Assembly: GCF_001447785.1 (NCBI RefSeq)
Contig: NW_015167580.1
Coordinates: 396,687-460,198, forward strand
Length of the DNA: 63,512 nucleotides
Reading direction: 5' to 3'
Source of the DNA: Gekko japonicus
Taxonomy: Eukaryota
The notes under the pieces are model-generated. The model made no database searches, was not told where the DNA came from, and worked only from the letters and a program-made list of their open reading frames with translations. A program made the translations under genes and the position numbers. The first letter of the stretch is position 1; each line of letters begins with the position of its first letter. This document shows, in pieces, positions 51,197-60,845 of this stretch.

Positions 51197-51633
51197 TTTT
51201 TTTTCTTTTTGTTTATTTAGGTGCACCGTTCCTGGAGGTACTGCAATACCAGGTCGATGCATGGAGTGGATGGAGCAAGCCCCTATCCATCTCCCAGTCC
51301 CAAAAATGCATTTAATATATAGTCCTCAGATAGAGGATGTATCAGATATTAAACTGATAAGAACAGATTGACTTTTATTTAGAGAATGTTTACATTACAA
51401 TCACTGATGTCATGTAGCAAATACAAGCAAGCTCCGGAAAACGCAGGTGCATGCATGTCATATGAAAAACAATAAACAGGCTTAGTACGTGATACTTTGG
51501 CATGCACTGTGCATCCCGTGACTCGGGGGTGGCTGAGGGTTTGTAGTATAATAGTCCATGGCAGGAGAGCAGGGCAAAGTCCTGGTCTCCCCATTACTAC
51601 ACTTGATCTTAGCCAAAAGGCCGAGAAGCGATA
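51197..51633 (-). pseudogene. RNU2: U2 snRNA retropseudogene interrupted at nt 37/38
   Basis: Reverse complement of 51595-51632 = ATCGCTTCTCGGCCTTTTGGCTAAGATCAAGTGTAGTA (U2 1-38). Reverse complement of 51220-51368 = ATCTGTTCTTATCAG...CCAGGAACGGTGCACC (rest of U2). A-rich tail 51197-51219. 17-bp TSD GAACCGGCCCCTTTAAT at 51180-51196 and 51634-51650. Confidence 0.93.
51369..51594 (-). mobile_element. Putative 5'-truncated U2-targeting non-LTR retrotransposon (Utopia- or Keno-type) 3' end
   Basis: 226 bp inserted exactly after U2 GTGTAGT(A). It ends AATAAAAGTCA directly before the U2 continuation. The family is inferred from the target site only. Confidence 0.6.
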
Positions 51634-53549
51634 GAACCGGCCCCTTTAATCCGTTTGTGAAACGTGCCTACATCGGGCCAAACTGCCAGTCTGAACTCAG
51701 CCTAAGATTATGTTCACATCACAATGCAATATCACTTTAAACCTTTCCCTATAAGCCTTGCCCTACTGGAAGTGAGCTTTTTCCTCATTAATTTCATGTT
51801 GGATCTTAGTGGGATATGAACATAGGTGGAGCCTAAGAGATACTGGTGTTATAGACTAAAGGAATCCCAGCAAGATGTTATCCTTGTTTCTTTTTGAGAT
51901 CCTTGGCTGCTTTACATCCAGGGCTTCCATTTCAGTCCATGCCTACTTAAGCATCTGGCTCTCTGGCAGCTTTTCCCCTCCCATTTCAGTGCATTCTTAT
52001 GAATTACAAAAGTGGAGAGGGACTCTCAGGATTATACAGTCCAATTACTCTGTATTAAAAGACAAAAAATGTTTCATTATTATATAATCTTTTGGTATAA
52101 TCAGTATAATCTCCATTCGCAAAACCTAAGCAAAACCGTTAACAATGGGAAATTTTGGAGGTCGTTAAATTATAGGGTCTCCATAAGACAGAAGTGGCTT
52201 GACAGGACTGAAAACACACAAGGCCTAGGGAGCCACTTCCCCAATAGTGGCCACTCTGAGGGTAACCCCCCCCCTCGCTCGGGCCACCCCAGCCCAAAGA
52301 GAACAGTGGATGTTTCCCCCACCCACCCCCCATCCTGAGCTGGAGTCACAGCAATTGAGGTGCTGGGCTCAGACCCACCATGCCCACTGCGGGGCCAGCT
52401 CTGGCCTTGCCATGGTGAGGGATGCACCTGGCCAGCCCGGCCTTACCATGTGGCCAGCCTGGCCTCACTGCAATGAGAGGTGTGTGCTCGGCCTGGTGTC
52501 GCCATGACAAGGGATGCGCTCCAGACTTGGCCTCACCTCAGTGAGGGACTCTCTTCTGGCCCAGCCTGATATCACTAAGGGACATAAATCTTGCCTGGAT
52601 TCACCACCATGAGGGACCTGAGCCCTGCCCGGCCTTGCCTCAGTCAGGGACCTGCACCTGGTATGTGCGTGCTGGATGCTGAGGCCCCTTTTTCAGGGCC
52701 ATTTTTCCTTCCCCACCATCCCTGAAGAGAGCTCAAATGAGGTCTGTGGGCGAGAGCAGTTTCTTGCCTCAGATTTATGCCTATAATTCGATTGGAAGAG
52801 GTGCTCTGAAGGGAATCCTCACTACTACATGTCTCTAAAAGCTGCCTTGAATAGGAAAGCAGTATTACAAACAAAATGGGGGGGTGGGAATGCTATGAGA
52901 TCATGGTATGGATAATTATGGTGACTGCAGTTATGACCACTAGAGGATGCTCTTGATGTACCATGCTGCAGATGATCAAATTTGCTTTCTCTAGTCATGA
53001 AGGGAAGGAGCACAGGTGGTGGGTAATGTTCCAGCTCAATGCTTTGTTCGTTGTTGTTGTTGTTTTCTCTAGGCAGAGGTATGTGGACTGAAACAGACCC
53101 TACGGGGCACAAATTGTTTCAGCACTGGAGGGGGGTGGGTACACAGACTTCAGCTAAAAAGGAAATGTTCGATGATAGACCCAGGACACTGTTGCAAGTA
53201 TAGGCAGATAAATTCATCCAGAGCACCAGAAGCTTTGAAAAACAGGGGGGAAAGTGGCTCCCATATGCCAATTCATCAGCAGTTAAGTCCAGTGAGACAA
53301 CAAGAACACAAACTATTCAATTACCACACCCATCAATTACCAGTCCATTTGTCTTTTTAGGTCAATATGATCTGCTCAGAATGATGGCAGCTCTGCTGTG
53401 TCTTATGCAGAAGTCCTCCCATCATCAGCTGTCTGATGCTACTCAGTGGAGGGTCCAGGGCTTGAAACTGGTCTGGGAGCTTCCACATTCCCAGTAGATG
53501 CTCCATCACTGAGCCACAGCCCCATTCCAAGCTTTAATGATCAACTGTA

Positions 53550-53780
53550 TAGGTAAAGGTTTCCCTTGCTCGAAAGACAGTCGAGTCCGACTCTAGGGTT
53601 GCGGTGCTCATCTCCATTTCAAAGCCGAAGAGCCAGGGCTGTCCGAAGACGTTTCCGTGGTCATGTGGCTGGCATGACTAAACACCAAGGCACACGGAAC
53701 GCTGTTACCTTCCCACCGAAGTGGTCCCTATTTATCTACTTGCAATTTCTTGCTTTCGAACTGCTAGGTTGGCAGGAATT
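53550..53780 (-). mobile_element. Sauria SINE, 5'-truncated
   Basis: Near-identical to the 14729 copy. TSD ATCAACTGTA; empty site near 62835. Confidence 0.82.
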
Positions 53781-54253
53781 ATCAACTGTACCAACAGTCT
53801 AACTGGTCAAAATGTGTGTCTCTTCCAACATTCCAATGAAGAGAGGTTTCTACAGTGTATTCACGAGACCGAGAATGCAGAGCAATTTCCTCATTACATT
53901 ATGATACAAAGTAGCTGGATATGCTCAAATACAGGCCAGTTACATTCCCTGCCTCCCAATACCAACATGTAGGACTGAAACAAAATGTTCGATGCGGTCC
54001 CAAAATATTTCTTAAAGCTCCAAAGGAAACTCAAATAGTATCTTTTTGTGACTTGGTTGAAATACACTTTATCAAAAAAGCACACCCTGCTTTTAAGTAT
54101 CCCTGTGACAGTCAGGACCAATCAGGTTGGGGGGCCGTGATTACCGTGAAGGCGGAGCATAGATGCCAGCAGGTCAGGTATAAAGGGCTGTTAGCGTAAG
54201 GTCTTCCGTTGTCATTTGTTTTCTTTCTCATTGCAGCTACCAGTCTCACCATC

Positions 54254-54707
54254 ATGTTCTGGCCACGCATTCTCAGCCTTCTCGTCATATGGTGCACAGG
54301 TGAGAGAAGACTAAAACATGGCTGAGTGGAATGCAGCTCAGAAGCAGCACATATGTGACAGTTTCTGTGATTTTTTTTTTCCAGGTCTGAACTCCCAGCA
54401 AGTGATATCTCAGCCACCCTCAGCATCTGTTTCACCTGGGAGCACAGTGAAGTTCTCCTGTGTCATGAGCAGTGGGCTCAGCATCAGTAGCTATCATGTG
54501 TCCTGGTACCAGCAGAAGCCAGGGAATCCTCCAAGATACCTCTTACGCTATTATTCAGATTCCAACAAACACCAAGGCTCTGGAGTTCCTTCTCGATTTT
54601 CCGGTTCCAAAGATACCTCCAGCAACACCTGCTATTTAAATGTTGCAGGAGCCTCGGCTGAAGACGAGGCTGTTTATTACTGTGCAACCTGGCACAGCAG
54701 TGCTTGG
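54254..54707 (+). CDS. IGLV segment V13, apparently functional
   Basis: Leader 54254-54299, intron 54300-54384, V ends CATWHSSAW. RSS CACAGTG 54708-54714 / 23 / ACAAAAACC 54738-54746. Confidence 0.93.
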
Positions 54708-56686
54708 CACAGTGACGCAGTCAGATGGGGAAACCAGACAAAAACCTCTTATGTTCCCCAAGGAGAGCTGAACTGCACACATTTATAATGCAGCGAGAAC
54801 ATCAGACTAATAAAGCCAATAGACAATATGAGTAAGTGCATGTTACAATGAACATAAACTTATGCCCTTTGCAGTGCCCATTGCCACAGTTATCCTATAT
54901 TGGATCCATATGGAAATGGCTTCCCAACCAGTATTAGAATCAAATTCTTATGCAAATTTTATCTTCGGTCATTATTGAAGCCCATCGTAGTATTGAGCTT
55001 CCGGCCCTCTGACTGCACCTTTACTTCCTCTAGTATTAGAGCATCAAATCATTTACACATTCACCAATATACCAAGCAAAAAATTAATGTTCTTTTGTCT
55101 TGTACTCAAACATTTTCTCACCTCGTGTTTGGGATGTGTGAACATCACTAACTGTACCACTGAAGTCTCAATTGTGTATTAGCAGGATTGGCCCAGGAGA
55201 TCAAGACCGTGACTGGAAAAAGGATGTGGAGTGCAAATAATAAGCACAAAATAAAGCTTTCATAAACGTATGGGGGGGCAGGTCTTTCATATATGAAATT
55301 GTATGAAACAGGGTTTCACATGCATTTGTGACTTTCTTAATAGTATCTTTTTGTGACTTGGTTGAAATACACTTTATCAAAAAAAGCACACCCTGCTCGA
55401 CACTCCATTGCTTGACACTCATGTACAGAATGTGATCTTACATGTTCGGTGCCCATGAAATTCTCTCTCTTCCTCTGCCACAGATTGTTGTCGTACTGGA
55501 GGGGGGAACACACAGACTTCAACCATTTTAAAAAGAAAAGGAAAACACTCAGGCCGGGTATCGACAGCTAGGTTTGTCTAGCACAGTGGTCCTGAACACT
55601 TTCAGACCAGGTCTTACTCCAGGCCGCAGCATGGGACCCACTAACCTGCAGGTGTATGATGTGACCTCACCATCATTGGAAGAGGGGGAGGCAGACATGT
55701 GACAGGATGGTGGGCAACAGAGCAAGAAAACTGGGGAGGGGGAGAAAAACTACCAGATTGTGCACTATAGTGCGGAACAATCCAAGGCCTAGAGCCGTTC
55801 AGAAATTGTTTCCACCATTACAGGTTGTGGACTGTAATGAGGAACAACTTAAAGGTGGTCTCATTTACCGGGTATTTTTGCTGCTGAGAAAACAAAGTTA
55901 CACATGGAGCCCTTGTTATCGTTGCCAATTAATAGAAGTCCATTAAGGAAATCCTTTCTAAACAGGATAGAGTAGAGATCGGATTCTGAGCTAATCAAAC
56001 CAACTAGGATGAATGGAGATGCAGTAGGCATGTCCTGTTCTCATGGTGCCAAGATGGAGAAGAGTGTGTCAGAGAAGGGGTCTGCCAGGGGGAAGGGTGA
56101 TTTCCTAGGGGTAGCAATCTACATATCAAAAGGATAGCAGCAGAGCAGTATAATGGAAAGATGCTCAGGGTCGTCCCGACCTATCTACCTATGACTGTCT
56201 ATAGTCTGCCTCTGAAGTCTGAGGCTAAGAGCTCAAAGTTCTTCACGACCAACATCAAGTACCACACGTCCCTTCTAACCCATCAATTAGACCTAAGGTG
56301 GTTGAAATGTGGATCTTTTCCAACAATCCAACAACCAAAGTCTTCTGCAATTCACTGGTGTCTCTAAACTTGTGTTCCTTAATACTTATCACAAAGTAGC
56401 AGGACGTGATCAAACATGCCAGGCACTTAACATATTCCCCTCCCTGCAACAATCAACATCTAAGACCAAAGCAGTATATCCAACCCAGTTTCCAGAATAG
56501 AGCCCTCACAAAAAGAGCACATCCTGCCTTTAGGTATCCTCATGACAGGCAGGACCAATCAGATTAGAGCTGATTACCTGAAGGCGGAGCACAGATGTAA
56601 ACAGGGCAGATATAAAGGACTGTCAATGTCAGAACATCCAGTATTGTCAGTTTCCTTTCCTCCTTGGACCTACCAATCTCATCATC

Positions 56687-57151
56687 ATGTTCTGGCCTCC
56701 TATTCTCAGCCTTCTGATCATGTGGTGTGCAGGTGAGACAAGGCTCTAAATATACATTAAAACATTGTTAAGGGAATGCAGCACAGAAGCAGCATGTACG
56801 TGACAGGTTCTATGATATTCTTTTCCAGGTTCAAACTCTCAGGATGTCATATCTCAGCCACTTTCAGAATCAGTGTCACCAGGAAATTCAGTGAAGCTCT
56901 CCTGCGTCATGAGCAGTGGGTCTGGCATCACTGGCTATGCTGTATACTGGTTCCAGCAGAAGCCTGGGAATCCCCCCAGGTTCCTCCTATGGTATACCTC
57001 AGATTCCAGCAAAGGCCAGGGTTCCGGAGTCCCCTCTCGATTTTCTGCTTCCAAAGACACGTCCAGGAACACCTGCTACTTAAACATCGCTGGAGCCCTG
57101 GCAGAAGATGAGGGCGATTATCACTGTTTAGTGTGGTACATCAATGCTTTT
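56687..57151 (+). CDS. IGLV segment V14, apparently functional
   Basis: Leader 56687-56732, intron 56733-56828, V ends YHCLVWYINAF. RSS CACAGTG 57152-57158 / 23 / ACAAAAACC 57182-57190. Confidence 0.92.
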
Positions 57152-57892
57152 CACAGTGACTCAGTCAGATGGGGAAGCCAGACAAAAACCTCCTCTGGTC
57201 CCTAAGGGAAACTGCTGAACTGGAGATGTATATAATGCAGAGACACCATCGGCCTAATGCAACCATTAGGAATAAAGTAAAGTGGGATTATGTTCATATC
57301 ACAGTGTAATGTCCCAGGAAACCTTTTCCTACTGGAAGTGAGCTTTTTCCACCATTGATCTCATGGGATATGAATATAGGTGGAGCCTAAGAGGTACGGA
57401 TATTAGAGACAAAAGGAATCCCAGCAAGATGTCATTCTTGTTTCTTTTTGAGGTCCTTGGCTGCTTTAGATCCAGGGCCTCCATTTCAGTCCATGCCCGC
57501 TTAACCATCTGGCTCTCTGGCAGCTTTTCCCCTCCCATTTCAGCGCATCAGGGCTGGTCCTGCAATGGGCAGGGGGTTGGACTAGATGGTCTGTATGGCC
57601 CCTGCCAACTCTATGATTCTATGATTCATTCTTATGAATTTCAAAAGTGGAGAGGGACTCTCGGGATCATACAGTCCAATTACTCGGGATCAAAAGAGAG
57701 AGAACGTTTCATCATCATATAATCGTTCAGTACAATCAGCATAATCTCTGTTTGCAAGACCTGAGCGAGACTCTTAACAACAGGAAATTTTGGAGGTCAT
57801 TAATTTATAGGGTCGCCGTAAGTCAGAAGTGGCTCGACAGGACTCAAAACACACAATATTGTGGAAGTTCGAAGTCTGGAAATGGAGACATT

Positions 57893-58222
57893 GGCCCAGT
57901 CTGCATCTAGCGTTCATTCTGTTGTTTTGCCAAACCCACACTGGAACAGAAAAAGATGCGGCTCAAAACTGCATTCAAATACCCTGGGCCAACACCGTAC
58001 TGACTGCAGAGTCACCCCTGAATGGCCGTAAAACGGCCATAAATCTATGCAGATGGTACCATAAACCTGAGATCAAACGAAGTGAAAGTGGATGCAGTCT
58101 GGACACTGCCATAAAGTCCGATAATCAATCAAAGTTAAAGTGGTATGCAATGTAGACGGGAATTTGTATTCCAACATGGGTTTGGGAAAGCAGCAGAATG
58201 AATGCTAGATGCAGAATGGGCT
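57893..58222. mobile_element. MITE, 3-bp TSD
   Basis: ~29-bp TIR GGCCCAGTCTGCATCTAGCGTTCATTCTG, TSD ATT. Confidence 0.75.
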
Positions 58223-58998
58223 ATTGTCTGCTTCGTTATATATTTAACCACCTGAGGGAGCACTTGCGCCACACTGTATTATCTGTGATTTAGCAGAGGG
58301 AAAGTGGTGGTGGGGTCATATGTTTGCAAGTCTTTCGCAGAGGACCGTGGAAGACTCTTCTTTATGTGTAACATTCTATGACACCAAGCATAATTCATTC
58401 ATTCAGGCATTCATTTATCACCCACCTTCCTCTCTGGAATCCAAGGCAGATTACACAGAATAAAGCAGTGCAATCCACAGACAATGCAATGGGATTTGCA
58501 GACATCAGGGGACCAACCAGAGGTGGAGCTCAGCATCGGTATTAATGTGATGCATCAACAAATGCAAAAACTACAGAGTAGGACTTTACTTACAGCAACA
58601 GATAGGACAAACGATACACAGTTTGTAGAAACGTCTGCATACTCAGCCTCATCAATACACTGTAGAGACCTGTCTTCATTGGAATGTTGGAAGAGAAACA
58701 CATCTTGGCCATTTAGACTGTTGGTACAGTTGATGGTTTATCTTGGGAAGGGCCTGTGGACCGAGCTTTTTCTCACACCAGCACTTCTCGAGTCCCCTCT
58801 GGATTAATCGGTTGGTGACAGGTAGATTGGCTGTATTGGAGGGTCTGTTGTTGTTATCGATTTACACTGAAAGCACTTTGACACTCCACATTTCACGGAG
58901 AAAAGCAAGTTAGAAGCATTCCCCCGATAAATAAATAAATAAATAAATATATTCTCAAAGTCAGGGAAGAGACGGGTTCTAAGCAGAATCATCTTTGC

Positions 58999-59369
58999 CA
59001 GAGGTCATTTCGGGGGGGGGGGATCGCGGGGGATCGCAGTTCCCCTGGGTGAAGTACANNNNNNNNNNNNNNNNNNNNNNNNNNNNNNNNNNNNNNNNNN
59101 NNNNGGGGCCGTCGCGGGGCTTCCTCGCCCCCCCGCCGGCCTTGCAGGTCCACCGTCGGGCCCCTCATGGGGCTCAGCAGTGGAGCTGCAAGGCCAGCGG
59201 TGGCGGCCGGGACCGTTGGGGGCGGGGTGTGTGGCCTTATGACACATTTCCGGTGATGTCAGGGGGTGTGGCCTTATGACACACTTCCGGTGGTGTCAGG
59301 GGGTGTGGCATATGCTAATGACTTATGCTAATGAGTTCCCCTAGCTCTTTTTCTATGAAATGACCCCTG
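58999..59369. mobile_element. hAT MITE (family B) just upstream of the decayed V leader
   Basis: CAGAGGTCATTT / AAATGACCCCTG, 8-bp TSD ATCTTTGC. Contains an N gap. Confidence 0.88.
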
Positions 59370-59381
59370 ATCTTTGCCATC

Positions 59382-59908
59382 ACGTTCTGGGCTTCATTCC
59401 TCCTCATGATCCATGATTGCTTCATCAGGTTCAACAAAAGGAAGTTTCATATTCTACATACTATCACCAGACCATGATCACACAGATAATAATTTTATTT
59501 GTTGTGAGATTTCTAATTCTCCCTCTGTCCTATTTGCCTATCTGGGTTCTGTTGCCCAGCATGTGCTGAATCAACTATCAGCCGTGTCTGTGTCTCAGGG
59601 GGTGGGGATGGGGTGGGGAGTGGAATGGTCCAGTCACTTTTTAGTAGAGTAGCACTGGGGACCTCGATGTTTACAGGTACCAGAAGGAACCTGGCAATGA
59701 GCTGGTCAACATTATATATGTTGATAACTCCAGCAGACCTTCAGGAGTCTCAGAATGATTCTCTGGTTCCATCTCTGGTAACAGAGCCTGGTCAAGCATT
59801 GTCAGGGCTCAATCACAGGATGAGGCCAGTTATTACAGCCAGGTGAGGAATGGCAGCTCTGCTCACAGTGACACAAATGGGGGGGAGGGGAATCTCCTGA
59901 CAAACACC
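59382..59908 (+). pseudogene. Decayed IGLV pseudogene of a different family (short CDR2, RPSG motif)
   Basis: Leader relic with ACG start at 59382, then GSVAQHVLNQLSAVSVSQG and YVDNSSRPSGVSE*FSGSISGNRA..QSQDEASYYSQV. CACAGTG 59864-59870, 29-bp G-expanded spacer, ACAAACACC 59900-59908. Confidence 0.78.
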
Positions 59909-60265
59909 TACTCCCACCACCAAAGTGGCAAAAATGTGGGCTTTTTTAGCCTACATCTTGGTCGCAAAAGTCATTCAGCTACACAGCTCTATGAAACTCA
60001 GCAGATTCAGTTTACTTTGATTGATTTACAAACCACTCATGTGCGTTTGATGCCCATCATATCCCCCCTCCACAGCCCAGCCTTAATAAAGTATAAAAGA
60101 AAAACTTTCCAACCCAACTATACTCTGTCCATCCTCAAAAACAGAGCTCCTTTGTAGTCTGGTTAATGAACTATTCACCCAAGGAACTGCAGGCTGCCTG
60201 TAAGTACCCAGTTTAACATTATAGCCAACTGGAACAGAGATTATTAATAAGGAGGTGGAGCAGAG

Positions 60266-60273
60266 ATGCAAAT
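60266..60273 (+). promoter_or_regulatory. Perfect octamer ATGCAAAT in the V15 promoter
   Basis: About 100 bp upstream of the ATG, at the position equivalent to the degenerate octamers of the paralogs. Confidence 0.75.
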
Positions 60274-60367
60274 AGGACACAGATAAAAGGACTTCGAGTC
60301 TTACCTGTGTAAGGACTTCTAGAGTTACCTGTTTCCTTTCCTCATTGGATCATCAAATCAATTCATC

Positions 60368-60845
60368 ATGTTCTGGCTGCCTATCCTCAGTCTGGTAGGG
60401 ATGTGGTGCTCAGGTGAGAGTGGGTCAAATACCTATTAAGTTGATTGCTAAGGTGAGTGCAGCTGATGAGCAAAGCATGTCTGACAATTTCTGCATTACT
60501 TTTTGGGCAGGTTCCAGTTCCCAGCCTGTTCTGTCTCAGCCTCCATCAACATCTGTGTCACCAGGGACCTCAACAAAACTCCCCTGTGTCTTGGGCAGTG
60601 GGTACAGCATTGGAAACTACCGTGTCGCCTGGTACCAACAGAAGTCTACGAATTCCCCACGATTCCTCTTACATTACTACACAGATTCTGACAAGGGCCA
60701 GGGCTTAGGGGTCCCCTCTCGTTTCTCTGATTCCAAAGATACATCCAGAAACACCTGGTATTTAAATATTGCTGGAGCCTTTGCAGAAGACGAGGCTGAT
60801 TATTACTGTGGTGCCACTTATAGCAGCAGTGGCAGCTGGGGGTAA
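60368..60845 (+). CDS. IGLV segment V15, open frame, weak nonamer
   Basis: Leader 60368-60413, intron 60414-60510, V ends CGATYSSSGSWG*. RSS CACAGTG 60847-60853 / 23 / AAAAAATCT 60877-60885. Confidence 0.88.

Larger units (their letters stand above)
50771..51702. mobile_element. PIF/Harbinger-like MITE hosting the U2 retrocopy
   Basis: TIRs GGCTGAGGACGGACTGGCAGT / ACTGCCAGTCTGAACTCAGCC with TAA TSD. Absent from the paralogous V14 flank near 57271-57300. Confidence 0.8.

Noticed and set aside
51197-51633. Functional U2 snRNA gene
   Set aside because: It is interrupted, has an A tail and TSD, carries several substitutions, and has no evident PSE or 3' box.
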